From positions 10,540,001-10,604,000 of the forward strand of contig CM120646.1 of assembly GCA_051362555.1 (NCBI GenBank): a stretch of DNA of 64,000 bases, in the 5' to 3' direction. The notes beneath the pieces were generated by a model that did not search any database, was not told where the DNA came from, and saw nothing but the letters and a program-made list of their open reading frames with translations. The position numbers and the translations under genes are program-made. How positions within the stretch are numbered: the stretch's first letter is position 1; each line of letters opens with the position of its first letter. The stretch is from Lingula anatina (Eukaryota > Animalia > Brachiopoda). Shown piece after piece: positions 8,201 through 20,400 of this stretch.

Positions 8201-9978
8201 AAGGCGCGATAATCGATGCACCATCGGACGGAACCGTCACGTTTTCTTATTAAAACTGGTGCTGATGCCCACTCTGACGTAGACTCTTGGATGACCCCGG
8301 CTTTTAACATTTTTGTTAATAATGCCTCCTCTTCTTGAATAAAACACGCGGGAGTTCGCCGCATACGCGTTTTAAGAGGTTTGGCATTCCCGGTATCGAT
8401 ACCATGCTCAATGGCACTAAACCGACCAAGGTCATACTCGTCTCTAGCAAAAACATCCTGAAATTCAGATAGAACATTCTTTAATTTTTCACTCTGAATT
8501 TTGTTTAAATTCCTCTTTGATGTTTCGTAAACCACATTAACATGGTCAGGAATTTCTGATGATTTGCTAGCGACGCGTCCAGAAAAATCTTGTCCTGCGT
8601 GAACGTCACCAGCGATTTGTTTAAAATTCCGCACCTGAGGTGACCCCTTTACAGGTGACTTGAAAATTTCGGTGTTAATTTTTTCTTCAACGAACCCCTT
8701 TCCGGCAGATGGGGCACTTAAAGGGCCCTGAGTACTTCCACCCACCTTCAGAAGTTGTTTACTTTTTGTGTCATTTTTAAATCGGGCACTTGTTTTAGGG
8801 ATGTTCTCAAAATTAGGGGAATTAACACCAGAAACCCCAGTAGAATTTAATCCCACAAGCTTTGTCTTATTTGGGTGCACACCTGTTCTAGGGATTTTAC
8901 TAGTTCTAGGAGTGTAAATTGAATGCTCCACTGGTAAATTGAATCCCACAAGTGTGTTTGTAGAATCCCTACCGGTTCTAGGGACGGCTGATTTTACACG
9001 AGTAATTTCAGGTAATCCCACCAGTAGATCGGTAGTCATTGTCTCATCAGTGGTACTGACAACACGAGCGCTGGATTGGTCAATTTTAGTAGACCCCCCT
9101 CCCACTCGATGTAAACCGAAGTGCGAAACAGGGTTTTCTAAAATTTCCGAAACTTCGCAAGCCGTAGCGACCACATGACCCCTTTTTAATTTTTTAAATT
9201 GATCTGATGGATTTAAGAGGCACACGACTGGTTTTGATTTTTCGGACAAGACAGTTCTCGGTATTAGTAGTCCCTCTTCTTCTTTACCCTCGACGACGTA
9301 TTTTTCTAACTTTTCGTCGATCTCGCACGTTATTCTTAGTGCTGAATTTGGGGGTACTACTACATTTCGTGAAACGCTAACCCGAGCTATTTTAATGTCT
9401 TGTGCACGCGACTCCGTTTGCTGCATAGGTATGTCGCGCCCTTCTATTTGGATGTAACCCAAATTACAATGCACGCTTGCATTAAACTGGGCAATTAGAT
9501 CGTGGCCTAACAAAAAATCGTCATGTATCGGCGCTACTAGAACAGATTCTTTGATTTTGAAACGATCTAGTTCGATGGAAATTGGCTCACAAACACGAGT
9601 TTCGATTTGTATATCCCCTGCCGCAAGAGTAAGACTGTAATATTTCTTGAGCGATGGTTTATTTTTTATTTGCTCGAATATTTTTTCAGCCATGACAGAA
9701 ACTTGCGCACCGGTGTCAACTTTGGCCATTACATGTACACCCGCCACTACCAAAGGAACGAATGAAGATCGAAAAACCCCAAGTTCATCAATTACAGGAT
9801 TTTGACCACATTCTAACTCGGAATGATGAGGACGATGCAATGTTTCCATTACGGGGATAGTATTGTCAACGGTTCGTGTTTGAGACAATGAAGTCGCGAT
9901 GGTTTCACCCGTTTTGTGACCGGTTTCAGTCGGGTTTCCAAGGTTACGGTCATTTCCCTTGGACCCTTCTAGTTTAAA
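5230..9978 (-). CDS. pol: Pol polyprotein (protease, RT, RNase H, integrase, C-terminal PHD finger), translated by -1 frameshift from gag
   Basis: PR VDTGA; RT RWCIDYRALN / GLTNAP / FLDD; RH DTDAS...KELLA...TDH; IN HH-CC zinc finger, IDFLGP / FSDQG / NGQVERFN; PHD YCICREPY...MIQCDYCHEWYHGSC...CVKC. The frame is open from the slippery site through the listed TTG start at 9888. Confidence 0.95.
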   Translation of the reverse strand, partial: FKLEGSKGNDRNLGNPTETGHKTGETIATSLSQTRTVDNTIPVMETLHRPHHSELECGQNPVIDELGVFRSSFVPLVVAGVHVMAKVDTGAQVSVMAEKIFEQIKNKPSLKKYYSLTLAAGDIQIETRVCEPISIELDRFKIKESVLVAPIHDDFLLGHDLIAQFNASVHCNLGYIQIEGRDIPMQQTESRAQDIKIARVSVSRNVVVPPNSALRITCEIDEKLEKYVVEGKEEEGLLIPRTVLSEKSKPVVCLLNPSDQFKKLKRGHVVATACEVSEILENPVSHFGLHRVGGGSTKIDQSSARVVSTTDETMTTDLLVGLPEITRVKSAVPRTGRDSTNTLVGFNLPVEHSIYTPRTSKIPRTGVHPNKTKLVGLNSTGVSGVNSPNFENIPKTSARFKNDTKSKQLLKVGGSTQGPLSAPSAGKGFVEEKINTEIFKSPVKGSPQVRNFKQIAGDVHAGQDFSGRVASKSSEIPDHVNVVYETSKRNLNKIQSEKLKNVLSEFQDVFARDEYDLGRFSAIEHGIDTGNAKPLKTRMRRTPACFIQEEEALLTKMLKAGVIQESTSEWASAPVLIRKRDGSVRWCIDYRALNNVTVKDTYPLPLMEDCKDTLSGNIWFSKLDANSAYWQVKIKPEDRHKTAFITKYGLFEHVRMGFGLTNAPATFSRVVNLLMKGLTWKTVLAFLDDILVMGKSFENHLENLKEALGRFRQFGIKLKPKKCVLFQKEVEFLGRIVSNNTMKMSPKDIEVVTSWPQPTCSKDVERFLGLANYHRTFIKNFAEISHPLSKIKGKHAFEWGPDQAQSFEALKTALTTPPVLSLPNANDPFILDTDASNHSIGAELIQVQNGEEKVIAYGSYALTPEQKNYCTTRKELLAIVRFTRQFRYYLLGRIFTVRTDHSSLTWLLRFKEPQGQLARWIEELSQFNMIVQHRAGAKHSNADSLSRIPDNLAPCNEYIAGIKPENLPCGGCSYCVRAHENWGSFFGDVDEAVNLTEKKKLSSKFTGKSTKSQRDLTSSLNTVNLGRETGPEHLFYCLLEKIVALSTDVALQPEESHVEINACGPEARSNPNPDIPQCWGFSMEKLKTEQAKDPELNILREWLYNGNTPEQGVLFRSSPISKTYWLNKELFKLHHGVIFKTEEESKDLKLVIPESLKNSVFKLHHDIPSAGHQGVARTKTKIKEKFYWPHMSKEIANYVLSCDICNKNKKKGCYGRVPLTEYVAGAPMERVHIDFLGPLPKTAKGNELCLVMVDQFTKWVECVPLPSQTAEVTAKAAIDCFFSRFGYPYQLFSDQGRNFESQLFGDLCRALHIHKSRTTPYRPSANGQVERFNRTLMDAVRCFLGKNQGEWDKYVQQIAGALRASVNRSTGYTPNMLMLGREVSTPAQIMFPNLKSKETDYGEYISKLVQKMKLAHITARANLKTTSKRMKRDYDLKILLRPYAEKDLVYVLDTATTKGKSRKLCSPWKGPAIIVKKLSGYLYRVKLKNAIFVINHDRLMPCRDRNVPSWITEYLASDEQFQHSSNIEEEDLTPYCICREPYQGRFMIQCDYCHEWYHGSCVNVTSTEAINIDKYKCVKCQI
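9917..9978 (-). promoter_or_regulatory. -1 programmed ribosomal frameshift signal (U UUA AAC plus H-type pseudoknot)
   Basis: Heptamer at 9978-9972 directly before the gag UAG. Stem 1 GGGUCCAAGG/CCUUGGAAACCC; loop UGACCG pairs with downstream CGGUCA. pol is in the -1 frame. Confidence 0.85.
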
Positions 9979-11867
9979 TGAGTTGGATTCGTTATATCAG
10001 CCCGTGCTTGTTGTTTTTCAGCATTTTTTCTTTGTAAGAATTTTTTATATTTTAGGCAATTTCGTTTAAAATGGCCCTTTCCTTTACAGAAAAAGCACAC
10101 AGGTGTTGTTTTAGGTGTGAATTTCCGGACCAAGCGTTCAACCATAGATTCCAACTCTGCCATTGAATTAAACTGAATTGTATTCAATTTAGGTGACTGG
10201 CTAACGCGTTTTTCCACGATGGATTCAACAAGTTGTTCTACATTTTCAGTTGGAAATTGCCGATTTTCATCAGCTGTTAAATTTAGAGAACTAATTTGTA
10301 ATTCATCACGATTTTTTCGTGTTGGTTTTTGAATATGTGATGATTTGTAGACTTGCTGATAATCCACCATGTAAGTCATTGCCTCGCTGATGCTTGCTGG
10401 GTGTTTTAAACGAGTATAACGCCCGGCATCCTGATCAATGCAGCCCTGACAAAATTTGGATATTGTTTCTTTTGTTCTAAAGGATTCTGATTCATCAGGA
10501 TAAGCGTCTTTGGCCAATAACAAAACACGGCACAGCCATTTATTCAAGGTTTCGTTGGGAGATTGAACTGCTGTATGAAATGCCAAACGAGCTGAATCGG
10601 GATGTTTTTTAATTCCGAATACTGAATCCATTTCACTCATTAAGGCTGAATACGTCATGTTTTTATTTGCTCTGAGATTGGTGTTATACAAAGCCAAAGC
10701 CTCGCCTTCCAGACTCCATAAAAGGTAATCTAGACACTCATTTTCCGACCACTCTTTCACTTGGCGATAACTGTCAAATCTGTTTTTAAAAGACTCCCAG
10801 TTTTCACAATTTCCGTCAAAAGACAATTTTTTGGGTAAATCACTGGGGTCCCCTCTGTCCTTTTTATTTTTAGGACGTACTGTTTTTGGTACTCTAAAAT
10901 ATTCATTTTCACTTTCATCGCTTTCGGGAAGAAGTGGTTCGTCGCGGAAAACGGGAGACGAAATTCTATGGCGCGTATGATGTTTTTCTATTGAACTCGG
11001 CCGGTAATCATGTTTACGTTCGACTGTATCAGCAACACTATGCTCAACGTTAAGTTGCCGCCGTCCGGGCGTAGGAACATGAATCTGTGGCAGATCATAA
11101 TTCGAAACAACCCGATGGACAGACGGAGCTGGTCGCCGACTACTTTCCCTACCAGTCGGTAAAGAAGTAACAGTCTCGGAATTTATGACACGGCCTGGAG
11201 GCTTTATATGCGCGGAAGAAGTTGTATGATCTTTGTTATCGACACGCAGCCTCTCAATAGGCAGAGCAAAAAGATCGTATTCAGGGTCTAAAGTGGCTGG
11301 CTGCGAAGTGAAAGTTCTGGGGTCCAAAGCTGAGTGAGAACGTAATTTTGTTTTTGGTTTGATAAATTGCTGCTCAGTTGTTGATTTTGAACGAGCTTTT
11401 AATTTTAAATATGTTGGTGGAGAATAAGTTGCAGCTTTTTGAATGTTTTTACTGCGTGCAATTTTTTCTTGTTGATTAATTTCCTCACCCACTTTGAGAA
11501 TTCTTTCAAATTCTGCCCTATAGCTTTCAGCAGCCGCTCTTCCTTCATTATGAATGTAGGAAGTCACTTTAGAAGTTTTCATTTTGGGTTTTTGACTTTT
11601 TTCGGTGGATAATGTGCTAGTATCGAGGTCACCCACGTCGACTTCAGATTCGAATTCACTTCTGTGAGAACTGCCAAAAGAGAGATTTTCAATTACATTT
11701 GATCCAAGATTGGATCCACAAATCTCCAAAATGTTGGATCTGGTCACGGGGATCCCATGTTCTCTAGCATATATTATCCTTTCTGCACGTTTAGGACCTA
11801 TACCTGGCAGCGTAACGAGCTCATCGTAAGTAGCACGATTGACTGGCAACCTTGATGCACTCGCCAT
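9969..11867 (-). CDS. gag: Gag with N-terminal helix-hairpin-helix motif, capsid region and CCHC zinc knuckle
   Basis: N-terminus LPVNRATYDELVTLPGIGPKRAERIIYARE; capsid-like FDG..NWESFKNRF...LEGEA; knuckle CFFCKGKGHFKRNC. Confidence 0.92.
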   Translation of the reverse strand: MASASRLPVNRATYDELVTLPGIGPKRAERIIYAREHGIPVTRSNILEICGSNLGSNVIENLSFGSSHRSEFESEVDVGDLDTSTLSTEKSQKPKMKTSKVTSYIHNEGRAAAESYRAEFERILKVGEEINQQEKIARSKNIQKAATYSPPTYLKLKARSKSTTEQQFIKPKTKLRSHSALDPRTFTSQPATLDPEYDLFALPIERLRVDNKDHTTSSAHIKPPGRVINSETVTSLPTGRESSRRPAPSVHRVVSNYDLPQIHVPTPGRRQLNVEHSVADTVERKHDYRPSSIEKHHTRHRISSPVFRDEPLLPESDESENEYFRVPKTVRPKNKKDRGDPSDLPKKLSFDGNCENWESFKNRFDSYRQVKEWSENECLDYLLWSLEGEALALYNTNLRANKNMTYSALMSEMDSVFGIKKHPDSARLAFHTAVQSPNETLNKWLCRVLLLAKDAYPDESESFRTKETISKFCQGCIDQDAGRYTRLKHPASISEAMTYMVDYQQVYKSSHIQKPTRKNRDELQISSLNLTADENRQFPTENVEQLVESIVEKRVSQSPKLNTIQFNSMAELESMVERLVRKFTPKTTPVCFFCKGKGHFKRNCLKYKKFLQRKNAEKQQARADITNPTHLN

Positions 11868-12451
11868 TGTACATTTGAAAGCGAAAAATAAATTGATTCA
11901 AAATAATTTCACTTATCAAAGCACAATACACTACCAAGCTTATAGTGAAATTCGCTATAAATAGATTCCTAAAACGTACAATAAGTTCAAATTTGGAAAA
12001 CAAAGACTTTGGTACACAACGCAATAAATTGAAATCAGACAGAAATTCTATTCAGAATTCCGCCTAAAATACAAAAGAATAAATAACAACAAAACAGAAG
12101 TCAGTATTTTATTCTTTAAATAAACAAAGAAACCAAAGTATTACGTGTGCACCTCAGTCTTGGAAAATTTCGGTAGAGATCGTAACAATGCACAGGATAA
12201 TGAGACCAACGTCTCCTTTATATCACCGACCTTTTCACGTAAGTACTGAAAAATAACGTAGATGTGCAGGAAAATCAGTGTCTCCTGATGCGGTGACCTT
12301 TACGATCCAAAATTGAAACAACAATTTTGACCGCCGCTCCACCCAATTATTCAAATGGATGTTAGACAAAGGAATTTCCCGCGCAAACTACTTTCAGCTA
12401 GATCGCAGCGAAAACTAAGCTTTAGGCCCGCAAATATACAAGTTACGAATG

Positions 12452-12462
12452 CCTTGTCGCCA
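12452..12462 (-). other. Primer-binding site, probably tRNA-Ser(GCU)
   Basis: TGGCGACAAGG 1 nt after the 5' LTR. It is complementary (one mismatch or variant) to the ...CCUCGUCGCCA 3' end typical of animal tRNA-Ser(GCU); the tRNA identity is recalled, not checked. Confidence 0.7.
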
Positions 12463-12463
12463 A

Positions 12464-12742
12464 TAAAGTATTCACTGTGTCTACTTACTGAATTGGTGAG
12501 TGATCGCTGTCTATTGTTATGCTCTTTGATAGAATTGTAGATGGATCGTCAATCTAGACACGTCCGGTACGGAGTGCAGAATATTAGACAATGATCTGTG
12601 ACCGTTGTGATGTCACAATAGTGACGATCTCCTGCAGGGGGCGTGCTGTCCCCACCTGGCCTAGCTCACTCACCTGAGGTGGCCTATCTTGGCACATGAA
12701 GAGCAGACCAGGTGGAGGAAGGAAAAAACTCCGATCACAACA
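12464..12742 (-). repeat. 5' LTR (279 bp)
   Basis: Identical to 1854-2132; followed in element sense by the PBS. Confidence 0.95.
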
Positions 12743-12959
12743 AATACAAGCCCATGCCCAGATTTGGTAATGTCTAATGTAATCATGGTAATAATGGCTA
12801 CCTATGCAACCATGCTGTTTCACGACTGAAGGTCCATCCAATTGCCTCCTCTGTTGCCGCTTCTGCTACCCTGGTTCTGTGGAACGTTGTCTTTGCTATC
12901 TCTCTGCAGTGTGAGGGTTTTGTCATAATTACGTATAATGTAGAGTTGGTAGGCCCTTC

Positions 12960-13115
12960 CCTAACTTGCCTAGTCTGTTTTAAAACTATTGATTGACAGT
13001 GCTGTTACTACTGCTATGGACAGATTGTTCCATATATCTGTCGTCCTGGCTGAGAGTACATTGTTTCTAATACTGTTTGAGGATCTAGACTCGTAAAGTT
13101 TTAGAGAATTTATCA
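12960..13115 (-). pseudogene. Degraded CR1/L2-type LINE ORF2 C-terminal fragment
   Basis: Minus strand reads SLKLYESRSSNSIRNNVLSARTTDIWNNLSIAVVTALSINSFK, matching the typical CR1-clade ORF2 tail (SLKL...WN.LP..VV.A.S.NSFK). Confidence 0.6.
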
Positions 13116-13281
13116 GTCATTTTTAGTAAACCTTATTCTTTTTGGACAGTGTGTAAGCATTAGCTATCAGTCTATGGAAAATAGGGATAAATGCACTTCT
13201 CCAGTCAACAAGAAATGATCCAATTTTATAGTTTTGTACAGAAATAATGTACCCACAATTTAAAATTGTTGCTATTGTAGA

Positions 13282-15629
<2,348 letters not shown>

Positions 15630-17498
15630 TAGTGGGCCCAGACGAACAAATGGTGTGGTGTGTTTGCGACTTGGAGAGACTGCATTACCTGATGCATTTG
15701 CATCGCAAGACTAATGGTTCTCAAACTAAATATTGTGCATGGAAAAAGGCTATTGTGCATGAAAAAGGGGGGTTTTATTTTATTCATCCATTTATTTATT
15801 GTGGTGGAAATGATAAAAAACCGTTTTGTTTTCTTTGTGGGGAAATAAGACGACCTCTTTGGGACAGGCACGACACCAGACTTGGCAAGACTAGTGTGGC
15901 TGGATGGCAACATTGCAGTAGTTGAGACAAGATCTCTACTGGCACAATCGTGCACGAATTCTGGCATTGTTCAGGATTCTTTCGTTCTTGATATGATTCT
16001 GTCCACGGTCTTCGCGTGCACAAGACTTTTTAATGGATATTCATGATGAATAGTGTAATCATAAAATACAATCATTTATTAAACAGCTTGTCTTCCCTGT
16101 TGTTGCTTTTAATGATAAAATCTCTAGGTTACAGGTTAGGAAGTTAAACATTGCAAGGAAAATATAAACTGATGCTAGTTTTAAACCACGACTTGGTATT
16201 GATTTTTAAAAAATCGTGTACTTGCACATAATTTATATTTTATTTGGCTGTTCACATTTGTTCAGGAGAAATGGAAAATTTAAAGCTCAATGAATTCAGG
16301 CAAAATTACTTAAATTCATTGAATTACATTTAAATGTGTTGCGAACCAAAAATAAGTCGAGGTCATTTAGATTAAAAATTGATAAATTTATTAAAATGTG
16401 ATTCTTCTGAATGTATGTTTCAAATTAACAATTTAGATCTACAAGAAATAACCAACAATTTCTTACACTAATGGGCTGCCTTGAAGCTTGCCATAAATGC
16501 CTAAGAATTCAAGCAATCCCTTTCTCATACAGCATTTTGTCTAAATATGCTAGAAAATTAACAGAAAAAAAAGCAATAATTTGGGACCTCACACGGCTCA
16601 GTTTCTGGAATTACAAAGGGAAGCACACATTTTGCCTCCACTTGATACATTAGGGAAAAGTTTTAAGAAAGTCCCAATGACTGAAGTCAGAAGAGACCAC
16701 AACTTTTTGTCTACTAAGACCCAATAAAAGTCGAACGTGGCCCAATAGTATTGCACTCTCCTCATATAATGAAAAGAAGTTTTGGACCGTGAACGATTGC
16801 TTAATCACTACAGTTATTTTAAAACAGCTTATCTTGAAATAGAAGATGATCAAACTTGGGGCCACAGGTAAGACCAACTTCCAATCTCAACTTCTTCTGT
16901 GAAGCCAACACCAGCACAGCTTAGCAAAATTACCCCAGCCAGTGAACAAATAGCATTAAGCAAATTAAAATATGCAGTGATGATTACTTGCACCAAGTAA
17001 ACTGTTTATGTTAAAACTAAAGGAACCAACAATACATTCTGTGGTTCTTTTTACCCAAAAACCTCAAGAATAATACATAATCTGGAATGTCAATCGGTTC
17101 CATTAATTACAATTCAAATCAAACACGTAGATGATATACAGTTTGCTGACTAAATTTGGTATGCAAAAAAGACATGTTATATAATAATATGTTTATATTG
17201 AAGGCAACTTTGTGATGTGGTATACTTCGCCTTTACATTCAATGGGTAATGGAATCAAAGTGTATGGCACAAGCAGCATTAATCAGAATCCTGATTAAGC
17301 CAAAGCAACAGCACAACCTGTGTTTATTCCGGCACTCTAGGATAATACTTTTTGGTTGGTTGAAAGAGAGACAAGTTTTATGTCCTGCTTACTGTCTGGT
17401 CAGTTTATCACTGAAAAAGCACAAAGACGGGATATGTCACTAAAGTAGATATGGGACGCAGGTTCCTAAAAATTCAATTTTGTCTGTCTGAAACAGAT

Positions 17499-20400
17499 CT
17501 ATGCCAATCCCTCAATTTCAAGTCTGTACAGATCAGCTAGTCTGGCATTACTAGGGGAATTCCCTCCAAACACCAGCATTCCATTGGGTAAACCAGCAGC
17601 AGCAAACCAGCCCCTAGGGGGCGGCACCTGTCCTTTCACTGAAACCTTCGTCCAACCCTCTGTGGGGTTCTGGGTATTGAAAACAAAGGTTTCATTGGAA
17701 AACTCTCCCGCACCTTCATGTCCCTGGTCCGATGGATCCACTTCTCCCCCAAATGCAATCAAGTGATGCTCGCCTACTGGTACACAGCCAAAAACACTGC
17801 GTGGAGGTATGGGCCTTGCCATGGAAAGCTGACTCCATGTTCTTGTTGCAATATCAAACCGATGCATGTCATTCATCTCCTTCCCACTGAAGCCTGCAGT
17901 AACATAGATGGCACCACCAAGGGCTGTAATACAAGAGCCTCCACGTCCCAAGATGGCCTCACTGCATGGCATCTCTTCCCACTCTCCTAACTTGGTGTCG
18001 TAGCAATGGAGGTCATTCAGTCTGCCTTTATCCGAACAGCCACCGAAGACGAAAAATTTTGTCCCAACAGAAGTAGTCGTGTGAAAGCTGCGTGGAGCAG
18101 GAGGGCATTTTGTGTTTAGTTGTGACCAAGTTGATGATTCTAGGTCAAAGCTGTGAAGGTCATTCAGGGCCCCCTCACCCATGGTTATACCAGTCCTTCC
18201 ACCAAATACCAGTACACTGAAAAGAAAAATTTACCATAACAGACCTTGGATGAAGTCAACATGTTGCTTTAGTTGACTGATACTGACAAAGGCCCACAAT
18301 ACAAAGTTGAAAACTAAGACTAAACTTAAAACTGTAAAGCATAACTCTAAAAATTATCATTTACACATGCTAAACTTTAAAAACATATCCCCCAAAATGC
18401 CTATTACTAGGAAATGATTAATGCAGATAAAGTGAAGCTCCATTATTTTTTAAATGCCAGTGTTTTCAAAAGTCAACTCCCCCTGCTCAACAATGTAAGA
18501 GCTGTGGGGTGTAAGTGAGCGCCCACAAATATGACTCTCGTCAAAGCCATGGGATGGGTACAATCAAAATATATACAGATAATATTATTCTCCTTGCTGC
18601 ACAGTATACTCCCCTCCCAAAAAGTGTCACCCCTAATGTGTAAAGTGATACAGAAAATCATGTCATAAACCAGTGTTATTTAACTTCCAAAAGGATTTTT
18701 TCAAAAAAATAACTGATTGTACAACCAATGAATAAGCACAGTAAAATAAATAAAAGTCACACTTGAGTATTTTGTACAGTATCCTCTGGATTGGATGATG
18801 CACATGACACCTCTGTGCGTAGACTAAAACAGTTATGTAACATATGTGTAGTGATGGGATTCCTCAAATCGTGCAGCTTAGATAGTATGAGAAATTTTTG
18901 TTTGTAGGTTTATCAACCAGTAACCCATTTTGAAGGATATTATCCCACACATTCTCAATGATGTTCTGATCTAGGGATTGAGCTGGCCATTGGGGGGGTC
19001 TGGATCTGGTCCACATATAACCAGCCTACTGTTACAGTGCCTGTATGTGGACTGGTATTATCAAGTTTACGTTCCTTTCCAGTACTTGTATGCAATGTTC
19101 TGCGTTTAAGTTCCAGCTGACCTCTACCTGTTCACCTACACCAGGGCAGCCAATGCATTCCATACCATGGCTTGACATGAGGGCTGTGTCCTGTCCTGTT
19201 GACCGGAGGTAGAAAATTGGGAAGATACTTGTCACCAGCTGTTCTCCAAACTCTTACATGTCTGTCATTTCTGACAACCCTGAACCTGCTTTCTTCTGAG
19301 AATATGCAGTATAATTGCTCAGTTGTTGGCTGGTGTCCATGCCAGAGTTCTGGTACACCATCTGACTCATTGTAGACAGTTCCTGGCAGTGATCACTCTC
19401 CTCCTCAGAAACTTTGCCAAAATAACATCAGTTGTGCAGATGGCTTCGTGCAGTGAATTCAGAAACATGGTTTGCCCTTTTCTTTGCAATAAAGTTCCTT
19501 AATGTCACAAAATGTTTTCTACGAGGAAGGCGTGCAAGCATTCTCTCTTTCTGGGCATGGTTTCCTTTGCCAATCTTGCCCATGTGCCAGTTTGGTTATG
19601 ATGTCGTCTAATCCTCTGAATGGTTCTCATGGAACAACCCTACCTTCCAGTGATCCTGCATTCACCCTCCTAAGTCAACTGCTTGGTATCACACTAGGTA
19701 GGTCAATGCTCTACTACTCACATCTCCAATTTCCACGATGCTTGGTTACATAGTTGTTATGTGATAGTAAAATTAAATCTATGGTAATCTTGGAGGAATG
19801 CACATAAATGCAGTAAGGGTGACTTTTGGTAGGGGAGTATATATCTCTGTATTTTAAAACAAGATCTGAGAGTGTGACTCTATCTCTCCCAAGACTCTTC
19901 AGTGACAACACAAGTAAGAGAGAAGATCCAGTATATGAAAGGTATTGTATAGTGAGAGTGAAAAATAAGAAGATAAATGGATGTTCAGTTCAAGGTGATT
20001 CAGTCTAGCACAAGATTTGGTAGAAAGCACCACAGACCCTGAGAGACAAGTCTTATCAAAATAAATAAATAAGCAAAGGAGAGTATGCAGAATCCCTCAT
20101 TTTATCTACTTGTTCAAACAAGACATGAAAGGTAGGGGACGGGGACAGCTTATCATATGCATATGCTTAAATGTGCTTACCACCCTTGCACTGCAGCTGT
20201 AGCACAAGCAATTCGTGGACAGGGGGCGGCACCATGCGTATGCACTTCTGACCACTCATTCTTCTCCAAATCGTAGGCATGAAGTTTGTTATCAATTGGC
20301 TTTCGAGGTTCATGCTCCCCACCAAACATAAAGGCCTTCTTACCTACCACTGTCAAACTATGGCTGCTTCTTGCTTTTGGAATCATGCCTGTTGCTTGTA

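Larger units (their letters stand above)
1854..12742 (-). mobile_element. Full-length Ty3/Gypsy LTR retrotransposon (gag, pol, extra TatD ORF) in NACA intron 1, antisense to host
   Basis: Two identical 279-bp LTRs, 4-bp TSD AATA (1850-1853 and 12743-12746), PBS, PPT, intact gag, and pol in PR-RT-RH-IN order. Confidence 0.97.

Noticed and set aside
3115-9178. Plus-strand ORFs overlapping ORF3 and pol (e.g. 4379-4960)
   Set aside because: Antisense shadows of long coding frames, with no motifs.
2911-11867. TatD plus ComEA-like HhH as bacterial contamination
   Set aside because: Both lie inside an LTR- and TSD-bounded eukaryotic retrotransposon within a spliceosomal intron.
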